From the IMG/VR virus record IMGVR_UViG_3300009435_000055, positions 1 through 24,099 of that record: DNA of 24,099 nucleotides; one strand, given 5' to 3'. The position numbers were made by a program, and so were the translations under genes. Below the pieces are notes generated by a model that saw only the letters and a list, made by a program, of their open reading frames with translations, made no database searches and was not told where the DNA came from. Below are positions 16,343-24,099 of the stretch, one piece after another; the first letter of the stretch is position 1; every line of letters begins with the position of its first letter. The stretch comes from a virus. Taxonomy: Duplodnaviria; Caudoviricetes.

Positions 16343-17450
16343 AAAGACCGGCGCAATAATGACTGCGGCTATCACTGTTCCGATAGCATTGATGGCGAAG
16401 AAGATGGTGGACTCTGCTTCTAATGCCGAAGAAACCAGCGACAAGTTCAAAGCGGTTTTCAGTGGAGTAGCTGTAGAAGCTGACAAAGCTGCGGACAAGT
16501 TTGCAAAAACCTTCTTTTTGGCCCGATCTAGTGCTGATGAAATGCTTGGATCAACTGGCGATCTAGTCGTTGGCTTTGGGTTTATGGATAAAGAAGCCCT
16601 TGCTCTATCTCAAACCGTTGGCAAACTTGCACTCGATCTGGGCGCATTCCAAAATAAAGAACCTGCCGAGGTTGTTCAGTCATTAACGAACGCGTTATCT
16701 GGTGAGGCAGAGGCACTTAAATCTCTCGGCATTGTAATCAACCAAAATAACCCGGCATTTAAGAAAGCGTTAAAACTTAACACAGCAGCCGCCGAAGGCG
16801 ATATTGTACGCGGTAAAGCGTTGACGATATTGGCTGAATCGTTTAGACAGACTGCAAAAGCACAAGACAACTATCTAACCACAATCGATACGTTTGCCGG
16901 GCAACAAAGGGTTGCAGCAGAGGCCACTAAAGAACTAAATGAGTCATTTGGCAAACTTTTGCTGCCAACTGCCGTAAAAATTGCCAAAAAAATCACCTCA
17001 ATTTCCAATTCAATGGAAGGAATGTCTGAGGGGACAAAGAAAGTAATTTTGTTTGCTGGCCTGTTCTTAGCTATAGCTGGGCCACTGCTTGTGATCGTCG
17101 GGTTGCTTGCGATTGCTTTCTCTGCTGTTTCAGCCCCAGTTATAATTATTGGCGCACTCATTGCTGGGGCTGTGGCAGGAATTATGTTGTTCTCAGATGA
17201 GATTTCAGCCGCACTATCATTAATAAAGGAATTGTGGTTTCAGACAAGCCTTGGGAAGATAGCTGGGTTCGCCATTGATTTGTTTAGCTCTGCTCCACCA
17301 TCTACTCCGGTGAACAATGGCTCGGCTTCTCTAAATGGTGAGATTAGTGTTTCTGCTACGCCGGGAACAACGATCAACAGCACATCGCTGAAAGGTCAAT
17401 CATCCGGCCTAAATATGGGAGTTAATATGGTGGCTGCAAATGGCGGGTGA
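16191..17450 (+). CDS. Tape measure protein (short, 419 aa)
   Basis: Ala/Lys-rich helical protein; SLTNALSGEAEALKSLGIVI motif; hydrophobic segment LAIAGPLLVIVG...; follows the chaperones. Confidence 0.88.
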   Translation: MANKVSFIIELKDKYSAAARQINTANDKMARGLSTVKAKVDKLYRIGRDATKTGAIMTAAITVPIALMAKKMVDSASNAEETSDKFKAVFSGVAVEADKAADKFAKTFFLARSSADEMLGSTGDLVVGFGFMDKEALALSQTVGKLALDLGAFQNKEPAEVVQSLTNALSGEAEALKSLGIVINQNNPAFKKALKLNTAAAEGDIVRGKALTILAESFRQTAKAQDNYLTTIDTFAGQQRVAAEATKELNESFGKLLLPTAVKIAKKITSISNSMEGMSEGTKKVILFAGLFLAIAGPLLVIVGLLAIAFSAVSAPVIIIGALIAGAVAGIMLFSDEISAALSLIKELWFQTSLGKIAGFAIDLFSSAPPSTPVNNGSASLNGEISVSATPGTTINSTSLKGQSSGLNMGVNMVAANGG

Positions 17451-18636
17451 AGATGGGATTTTTGAAGGCAAATATAAAAAGGTTCAAATCCGAATTTCGA
17501 GTGCGTCATTATCTGGTGGCCGCAGGAAAGCAATAAAGCTATTTCCTAACAGGGACACGCAAAGCGTTGAAGACATGGGGATGATCCCCAGAAAATATGC
17601 GTTAGAGATCATATTAAGCGCAACACAGACAAAAGATTACTTCGGTTATCGGAAAGAGCTTCTAGCAGCCCTTGAGGACGCGTCTAACGGCACTTTGGTT
17701 CACCCTCTTTACGGTGTTATCCATGACGTAGCCGTGACCTCATACAGCATCAATGAGAGTTTTGGAGAATTTGGGTTTGCTACTGTTTCGGTAGAATTTG
17801 AGATTGATTCAAACACCGGAATACCGACAAGCTCAAGTGCTTCAGGCCCATTGATTACTTCGGCCAATAAGATTGTTCAATCATCCCTTGAATCATATAT
17901 TGGTGAAGGATTCACGCTGACCGGCAAGAGCATCAAGAATGCAGTTGACGCGATTGATAAAGTAAATGCCATCATCAACAAGGTACGAAAAGAAGCTGCT
18001 TTCACTGGTGTGGCTGCTGAAGCGATTAACGAATTCAACGCATTGTTGTCAGGGACTTCAGACAATGTTAACAGTCTAGTTAAAGACCCATTGGCGTTGG
18101 CCGACTCTTTGAACCGAGTATTTGAAAGCGTTGGAGGTCTGTTTTCTTCAGCCTCAGCCACGTTTGGAACCTTTGAACGACTGTTTGGCTTTGGTGAATC
18201 TGATACTGACATCATCCCGACCACCACAAGCCTGATCCAACGAATCAAGAACCGAAGCGTTTTAAATTCCTATGTTGGAGCCTCTGCTCTTGGCTACGCT
18301 CAATTGTCTGCAATTGAAATTGAATATACGACCACCGCAGAAATTGATAACGTGACAAAAGTGTTAGAGCGGCAGTTTGTTGCAGTCATGGAAAGTGATG
18401 CAGACCAGCCAAGCAAAGATGCTTTAATCGAAACAAGGATTCTAGTCACTGACGCTTTACAAGAAGCAAGGCTTCGCGCTAGTGCGATCATCACAGTGAG
18501 GACTACAGACACGACTGCCAGATTGCTTGCATTTGACTACTACGGCTCGCCTGAACTTGGTGAGACAATCAATGATCTCAACTTATTTGAGAACGTTTCT
18601 TTCGTCAGTGGTGAAGTGGAGATTCTCACGCAATGA
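17440..18636 (+). CDS. Mu gpN-like 'DNA circularisation' / tail initiator protein
   Basis: GGRRK....FPNRD...VEDMG and L.AALE....GTLVHPLYG N-terminal motifs; C-terminal LAFDYYG....I.DLN segment. Confidence 0.88.
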   Translation: MAGEDGIFEGKYKKVQIRISSASLSGGRRKAIKLFPNRDTQSVEDMGMIPRKYALEIILSATQTKDYFGYRKELLAALEDASNGTLVHPLYGVIHDVAVTSYSINESFGEFGFATVSVEFEIDSNTGIPTSSSASGPLITSANKIVQSSLESYIGEGFTLTGKSIKNAVDAIDKVNAIINKVRKEAAFTGVAAEAINEFNALLSGTSDNVNSLVKDPLALADSLNRVFESVGGLFSSASATFGTFERLFGFGESDTDIIPTTTSLIQRIKNRSVLNSYVGASALGYAQLSAIEIEYTTTAEIDNVTKVLERQFVAVMESDADQPSKDALIETRILVTDALQEARLRASAIITVRTTDTTARLLAFDYYGSPELGETINDLNLFENVSFVSGEVEILTQ

Positions 18637-19796
18637 AATTGGAAGTAAACGGGGTTCAATATGACAACTTTATTTCTGCTGAGTGTGAAACCCGGCTGGA
18701 TGCGTTAGCCAATTCTTTCTCCTTTACCGCCATAAATCCAAATGGTGTCGTTTTTCCATTTAAGGGTGGGGAGTCTTGCAAAGTTATCGTTGATGGTGAA
18801 GTTGTATTGACCGGCGAGATTGAAGTTGTAGAAGTTAGCTATGACGGCGGCGACCATGAGGTTACGGTGCAAGGTAGAAGCACAGCGGCAAAGCTGTTAG
18901 ACAGCACTATAGGGCTTCTGGGCGACATTGTAGGCGAAGGTTTGACTTTGAGGGCTTTGATTGAAGCTGTCATTGCCCATTTAGGGTTAGATATTAAAGT
19001 TCGTGATGATGTAAGGCCGCGCCCCTTTAGTATTGCTGAAGAATTGGCAGCACCAGAACCCGGTGATAATGCTTTTAGATTTATCGAGAAGTTCACAAAG
19101 AAACGTCAAGTCATGCTTCACCCCAGCCCTGATGGTGGGATTGTTATCGCTGCAAATTCAGGCATTCAAGCAGCAGGAAGGGTTCAGCATATATTGAACG
19201 CTTTTGACAATAACGTTATTTCCAGCAACTTTAGATATGATACTACCGGTCGATTTAATGCCTATTTTATGGCATCACAGCTTAATCCTGTCGTCTTGAA
19301 TGTCACTGGTGGGTCTGATCTCGCTACGCTGGTGAACCAAGGCGGCGGGGTTTCTGACCCCGGTATCAATAAAGGGAAGCAAATGGTTATCGTTACTGAT
19401 GCGCCTTTTTCTGATGCGGAATGCGAGAGCCGCGCAAGATGGGAAGCTGATGTTAGAAAGGCCAGAGGGCTTGTTTATAGCGCAGTGGTCAACAAATACA
19501 GGGAAGCAGGAGACACTGGGAAATTGTGGGGCGTTAATAAACTATATCAGATAAACGATGATTTCATTGGTAAAAATGAACCCATGCTCTGCAACTCGGT
19601 TAAGTACTCATTAAACAATGAGGACGGTCGTGTTACTGGGCTGGGCTTTGTTGGCCCTAATTCTTATACATTATCACTTAAAGACTTTGCTGGCGGGTCA
19701 GTATCGACTAATTTCCTAAGCCCCATTGGGCCATCGGCAAAAAGTAAGCCAATAATTAGCCTTGCCTCATTGCTGGAGAATCTTGGTGGCGTTTAA
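18633..19796 (+). CDS. Baseplate hub (Mu gp44/gpP-like)
   Basis: V.VDGE.VLTG.I, V.GRS....LLDS and RARWEA.VR.AR motifs; synteny. Confidence 0.88.
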   Translation: MKLEVNGVQYDNFISAECETRLDALANSFSFTAINPNGVVFPFKGGESCKVIVDGEVVLTGEIEVVEVSYDGGDHEVTVQGRSTAAKLLDSTIGLLGDIVGEGLTLRALIEAVIAHLGLDIKVRDDVRPRPFSIAEELAAPEPGDNAFRFIEKFTKKRQVMLHPSPDGGIVIAANSGIQAAGRVQHILNAFDNNVISSNFRYDTTGRFNAYFMASQLNPVVLNVTGGSDLATLVNQGGGVSDPGINKGKQMVIVTDAPFSDAECESRARWEADVRKARGLVYSAVVNKYREAGDTGKLWGVNKLYQINDDFIGKNEPMLCNSVKYSLNNEDGRVTGLGFVGPNSYTLSLKDFAGGSVSTNFLSPIGPSAKSKPIISLASLLENLGGV

Positions 19797-20295
19797 AAAC
19801 TTAAAATGGTCGCTGGTATCTGGTGAATTAAAAGCTGACACACAGTTTCCAGAGCAACAGGTTCAATATTTAGGCAAAACTGCTAATTCGTTTGCCCACT
19901 ATCCGTATGGTATGCACTCAAATGCTGCTATCGGCGCATTGGCTTTGATGTTTTCGGTTGGAGATCATTCAGAGAACAGAGTTGTTTTAGCTTGTGACCC
20001 GGCACAAAGACCAGAACTGTTGCCCGGCGAAGTTATGTTTTATCACCCGTTGTTACCAACTACACTAATTTATCTAAAAAATGATGGAACGGTTGCCATT
20101 AAATCAGCAGTTTCTGTTGACGTAACAGCCCCAGAAGCCAGCTTTTCCGGCAATGTAACTATCGCAGGTAATTTATCAGTGACTGGGGCCACTTCATTAA
20201 GTGATGCCGTGACTTCCAATGGTGTTAATATAAGTGACACGCATAAGCATAGCGGCGTAACAACCGGATCGGGCAGCACAGGCAATCCAGTATGA
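19786..20295 (+). CDS. Baseplate spike (Mu gp45 / P2 gpV-like)
   Basis: YPYGMHS, L.PGEV..YH and C-terminal metal-binding HKH-SGV. GTG 19786 after GGAG is preferred over the track start of 19762. Confidence 0.88.
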   Translation: MAFKNLKWSLVSGELKADTQFPEQQVQYLGKTANSFAHYPYGMHSNAAIGALALMFSVGDHSENRVVLACDPAQRPELLPGEVMFYHPLLPTTLIYLKNDGTVAIKSAVSVDVTAPEASFSGNVTIAGNLSVTGATSLSDAVTSNGVNISDTHKHSGVTTGSGSTGNPV

Positions 20296-20729
20296 GAAAT
20301 GACGCGGCAATAAACAAAGACAAAGGCTATTGGGATTTCGATATTGATGCTAATGGTCAAATCAATGCTACTGCATCATTTAATACTTCCATCTTGCGGT
20401 CTTTGTTAAGTGAACGGCGGGCATTGCCAGATGAAATGACTGACCCCAAACGCAGAAGGGGTTGGATTGGCAATGACAAATATGAAAACGGTTCTAAGAT
20501 TTGGTTGTTGAGTCAATCGAGGCTCACTAGATCGAATATAAACAGGCTGGAAACTGAGGCTGAATCGGCCCTTCAATGGCTGGTTGACGATGGCTTGGCT
20601 GTTTTGGTTGAAGATGCCGTAGTGGTAGTTCAAGGCGGGAGAGTTTTTCTCACCGTCACCATTCGCTATAGTGATGACTCAGTTGAAAATATAACTTTGG
20701 CCTTGTGGGAAAATACAGGAAATAATTAA
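20292..20729 (+). CDS. Baseplate wedge protein (Mu gp46-like)
   Basis: SLLSERRA, RRGWIG, GSKIWLL and ALQWLVDDG motifs. Confidence 0.9.
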   Translation: MRNDAAINKDKGYWDFDIDANGQINATASFNTSILRSLLSERRALPDEMTDPKRRRGWIGNDKYENGSKIWLLSQSRLTRSNINRLETEAESALQWLVDDGLAVLVEDAVVVVQGGRVFLTVTIRYSDDSVENITLALWENTGNN

Positions 20730-20730
20730 G

Positions 20731-22272
20731 ATGGCGTTAAATCTTCCAAAGACAGCAGCAGAAGTCGTATTGAGATCGAAGGTTGATGTTCAAAGAGAGC
20801 TGCAACAATCTGATCCGTTCCTAAAAAACCATTGGCTTCTCGCCATTATTACTGCGAATGGCAACAGAGTTTTTGATTTCTATCTACAGCTTAAACAGGC
20901 CATGAAAGCATTGGTTCCTGATACTTCTTTCGGGGAGTGGCTCATTAGATGGGCTGCTATTTACGGGAAATCTCTATTGCCTGCGACTCAATCCACGGGA
21001 AACCTTGTGGCCACAGGTACAGCTACTTACTCCATCCCGTCTGGGACTGTTTGCGTTTTATCAACGGGAACATATACGTCAACCGCTGCCGGTACATTAT
21101 CAACCAACTCAATTTCCATTGCGGGCCTTGTTAGATCAGGAACCACTGTTACAGCTACGACTACCAGTGACCACGGTTTAGGAAATAACGTTGAAGTCAC
21201 CATTTCTGGGGCTGTAGAAACTGGCTATAACGTCACCAACACCCAGATCACTGTGACAGCAGCAAACACTTTCACTTATACCGTTGACGGTTCGCCCACA
21301 TCCCCAGCAACAGGAACCATTCTGGCTGGTTATGTTTCGGTAACTATCCCGGTGAAATCCGATGCTTTTGGCGAGAGTCAGAACCTAAACTCAGGCGCGA
21401 CATTGACATTGCAAAGCCCTCTTGCTGGAATATCAGATACGTTGGCAGTTGATTTCGGTGCCATTGGTGGCGGCACTGACGCTGAGACAGAAACATCACT
21501 TAGAACGCGAATGATTGACCGAATACAAAACCCAGTTTCACATTTTAATGAAGCAGCCATTGTTGATAAAGCTAAAGAAATTGCTGGCGTGACTCGCGTC
21601 TTTGTTGAGTCGGCTGGAACGATACTGGCAACAACCAGCGTCACATCAATTGTTCGGACAGGAAACGTTGCAACGGTAACAGCTACCGCACATGGCCTTG
21701 ATTCTGGTATGGACGTGACTATTTCAGGAGCAGTAGAAACGGCTTATAACGGAACTTTCGTTGTGATCGTTGAGAGTGCGAGCGTGTTCCACTACATAGT
21801 TGCGGGAACGCCAACGACTCCGGCCACTGGAACTATTTTGGCAGATTCACAGGTTGCACTTGGCGTAGTGAATGTTTACTTCACAAGAGACAATGATGAC
21901 AACCTGATTCCTACTGGTTCAGAAGTGAACGTGGTGGCAGCTAAGTTGTTGGAGATTCTCCCGGCTAACACTCAAACCACTGATTTGAACGTTGCTGCAC
22001 CAACAGCAGTTCCGACTGATTTTGTCTTCTCTGATCTTACGCCCAACACTGCTGGAATGAGAACGGCTGTCACAGCCAATTTAAATCAATTTTTCAGAGA
22101 AAACACTATTGTTGGTTCTGACGTAGATCAGGACGCATACCGGGCAGCGATATTCAATTCTGTTGATATTGATACGGGTGTTGAGGTTCAAACATTTACG
22201 CTTTCTGCTCCATCGGCTGACATTACAGTTATTGCTGGTGAGATTGGCACATTGGGTAATATTACTTACTAA
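20731..22272 (+). CDS. Baseplate J / Mu gp47-like wedge protein with two inserted beta domains
   Basis: PDT..GEWL..WA..YG, GGG.D.ET...LR.R and W/AKEI.GVTRVFV motifs; enlarged to 513 aa by two roughly 70-aa inserts. Confidence 0.9.
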   Translation: MALNLPKTAAEVVLRSKVDVQRELQQSDPFLKNHWLLAIITANGNRVFDFYLQLKQAMKALVPDTSFGEWLIRWAAIYGKSLLPATQSTGNLVATGTATYSIPSGTVCVLSTGTYTSTAAGTLSTNSISIAGLVRSGTTVTATTTSDHGLGNNVEVTISGAVETGYNVTNTQITVTAANTFTYTVDGSPTSPATGTILAGYVSVTIPVKSDAFGESQNLNSGATLTLQSPLAGISDTLAVDFGAIGGGTDAETETSLRTRMIDRIQNPVSHFNEAAIVDKAKEIAGVTRVFVESAGTILATTSVTSIVRTGNVATVTATAHGLDSGMDVTISGAVETAYNGTFVVIVESASVFHYIVAGTPTTPATGTILADSQVALGVVNVYFTRDNDDNLIPTGSEVNVVAAKLLEILPANTQTTDLNVAAPTAVPTDFVFSDLTPNTAGMRTAVTANLNQFFRENTIVGSDVDQDAYRAAIFNSVDIDTGVEVQTFTLSAPSADITVIAGEIGTLGNITY

Positions 22273-22283
22273 AGGTTTTTGCA

Positions 22284-23813
22284 ATGAGTAGAGCGGATTT
22301 TGTAAAAGAAACCAGCGTCACTACAGGCATATTGTCGTATTCACTTGATGGTGCTGCCATTGGATTTCGGTCTTTTCTTGCTGGGGATGGTATTACAACT
22401 GGCGACACTGTTAGATATTCGGTTACTGACGGGGTTAATTTCGAGGTTTCTGAGGGTGTTATAACTGCTGGAAGCCCAGACAATTTAAGCCGTAACACCG
22501 TTATTGTGTCGAGTAATTCAAATGCGCCTGTTAATTGGACGGGCAAAACATTAACTATTGCACTTATATTAAGTGCGGAAGAAATGGATGCCTTTCTTTC
22601 CACGACTGACATCGGCGTGACCGTTCAGCCATACGATGCAACCACTGTCCTCGATGCTGATGTAACCTATGAATTGCTCAACAATAATGGAGATGTGGGG
22701 ACTACAGCAGGCACTCTTGCCATAGGAGACCACCTACACACAGGCGTGTACGAACCCGCTGATGCCACTATTCTTAAAGACGCTGATATAGGTGTAACAG
22801 TACAGGGGTATACAGCAGTTCTTGCGGCAACTACAGCATCTTTCTTAACAGCAGATGAAACTAAACTAGATGGCATTGAGGCTCTTGCTGACGTTACTGA
22901 TACAGCGAACGTCGCTGCTGCCGGTGCGTTGATGGACAGTGAAGTTGATGCTGACATCAAAACATTAGTGCTTCCAGCTAGTACAACGATAAGTACCTTC
23001 GGTGCAAGCCTAATAGATGATGCGGCTGCTGTTAATGCAAGGACTACTCTTGGGTTAACTATCGGTACAGACGTACAAGCATACGATGCAACTATCGTAA
23101 AAGACGCCGACATTGGCGTAACAGTTCAAGGCTATACAGCAGTGCTTGCAGCAACTACAGCATCATTTCTGATTGCCGATGAAACCAAGTTGGACGCAAT
23201 AGAATCTCTTGCAGACGTTACTGACTCAACGAACGTAGCTGCTGCTGGTGCACTGATGGAAAGCGAAGTTGATGCTAACATCAAGACCTTATCGCTGCCA
23301 GCCAGTACAACCATCAGCACTTTCGGTGCAAGCCTTGTGGATGACGCTGCTGCTGTTAACGCTAGGACTACTCTAGGGCTAGTTATTGGCACAGATGTTC
23401 AGGCTTACGACTCAACAATAGTAGTGGATGCCGATATTGGCGTAACGGTTCAAGGTTACGATGTTGATACAGCTAAGCTGGATGTTGCTCAGACGTTTAC
23501 TGACATCAACGAATTTGAACGCCCTAGAGATGGAGTTCAGAATTACGCTGGGACAGTTCTCAGCACTGATGGCGGGGCAATGCAGCGGATTAACCTAACT
23601 GGGAACACTACTTTTACGGAGTCAATGGGGCAAGGAGACACCATTAGTTTACAAATCGCTGATGGAGCGGGAGGATATACAATCACTTGGCCCACGATGG
23701 ATTGGATAGGGGGTTCTGCCCCTACCCTAGCGACGACAGGCAGAACAATGGTGGTGATATGGAAGAATGATGCAGGAGTCTTGTACGGCAACCACGTTGG
23801 AGACCACGCCTGA
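22284..23813 (+). CDS. Tail fibre-like protein with internal tandem repeats
   Basis: N-terminus DFVKET..TTG...FEV.EG...LSR.TV..SSN; repeated DIGVTVQ.Y units; C-terminal ITWPT..WIGGSAPTL domain. Confidence 0.8.
   Translation: MSRADFVKETSVTTGILSYSLDGAAIGFRSFLAGDGITTGDTVRYSVTDGVNFEVSEGVITAGSPDNLSRNTVIVSSNSNAPVNWTGKTLTIALILSAEEMDAFLSTTDIGVTVQPYDATTVLDADVTYELLNNNGDVGTTAGTLAIGDHLHTGVYEPADATILKDADIGVTVQGYTAVLAATTASFLTADETKLDGIEALADVTDTANVAAAGALMDSEVDADIKTLVLPASTTISTFGASLIDDAAAVNARTTLGLTIGTDVQAYDATIVKDADIGVTVQGYTAVLAATTASFLIADETKLDAIESLADVTDSTNVAAAGALMESEVDANIKTLSLPASTTISTFGASLVDDAAAVNARTTLGLVIGTDVQAYDSTIVVDADIGVTVQGYDVDTAKLDVAQTFTDINEFERPRDGVQNYAGTVLSTDGGAMQRINLTGNTTFTESMGQGDTISLQIADGAGGYTITWPTMDWIGGSAPTLATTGRTMVVIWKNDAGVLYGNHVGDHA
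22779..23459 (+). repeat. 324-bp (108-aa) tandem repeat, two full copies plus the start of a third
   Basis: DADIGVTVQGY begins at 22779, 23103 and 23427. The protein copies are nearly identical while the DNA differs at many synonymous sites. Confidence 0.9.
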
Positions 23814-24099
23814 TGTTTGGTATGAGTAAGCTGATGATGGGTAATAATGGTGGTGGTGGTGGTGGCGGATATTACTTTGAGTACACCGACAACAAACAGA
23901 ATAACTCAACTGCAACCTCTTACACCTTCACCACAACACAGCTTGGTACTCCAGATACTGACCGGATGATTATAATTTCTGCTGTTACAACAGGCTCGGT
24001 AGGGGGGTCAGGTATACCAAGCACCGTGACTGTTGGTGGTGTTAGCCTGACAAAAGCCGATGGGATTCAACAACCATTCGGTTTCTCTTATTGTGCATC
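23813..24099 (+). CDS. Fibre-associated (adhesin-like) protein with a poly-Gly linker, 3'-truncated; not in the ORF track
   Basis: TGATG overlap. MFGMSKLMMGNNGGGGGGGYYFEYTDNKQNNSTATSYTFTTTQLGTPDTDRMIIISAV... stays open to the window end. Confidence 0.75.
   Translation, partial: MFGMSKLMMGNNGGGGGGGYYFEYTDNKQNNSTATSYTFTTTQLGTPDTDRMIIISAVTTGSVGGSGIPSTVTVGGVSLTKADGIQQPFGFSYCA

Noticed and set aside
13606-23813. Tailocin or eCIS rather than a phage
   Set aside because: Complete terminase, portal, scaffold and capsid genes lie directly upstream on the same strand.
1495-23915. Numerous minus-strand ORFs in the track
   Set aside because: All lie antisense to well-supported + strand genes and show no recognisable motifs; they are consistent with codon-bias shadows.
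23727-23915. Poly-His ORF on the minus strand
   Set aside because: It is the reverse complement of the poly-Gly (GGT)n linker of the + strand gene.

Overview
A 24 kb segment of a tailed dsDNA phage (Caudoviricetes, contractile-tailed). Essentially all genes are on the + strand and tightly coupled. Left to right: a truncated hypothetical ORF, a small HTH regulator, a probable remnant of a DUF5664-type gene, a 3TM-type holin, then an accessory cassette (ParB-N protein, ABC-ATPase/GNAT fusion, calcineurin-like metallophosphoesterase) directly before the terminase genes. The head module follows (TerS, TerL, DUF4055-type portal, gp7/MuF minor head protein, scaffold, P22-coat-like major capsid, DnaT-like adaptor, closure, HK97-gp10-like neck), then a Mu-like tail (terminator, sheath, tube, G/GT chaperone with -1 frameshift, short tape measure, gpN, hub, spike, gp46, baseplate J, repeat-rich fibre and a truncated Gly-linker protein). 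The most unusual signals are: (i) tandem hairpins with a shared YNG(T/G)G pentaloop and compensatory stem changes in the leaders of the ParB, scaffold and capsid genes, a candidate RNA operator regulon; (ii) a probable packaging-linked DNA-modification cassette; (iii) one small beta-domain grafted four times into tail proteins, once nested inside itself; (iv) an exact 28-bp direct repeat read in two different frames at the GT/tape-measure junction. Family assignments come from motif recognition and synteny only; no database searches were run.
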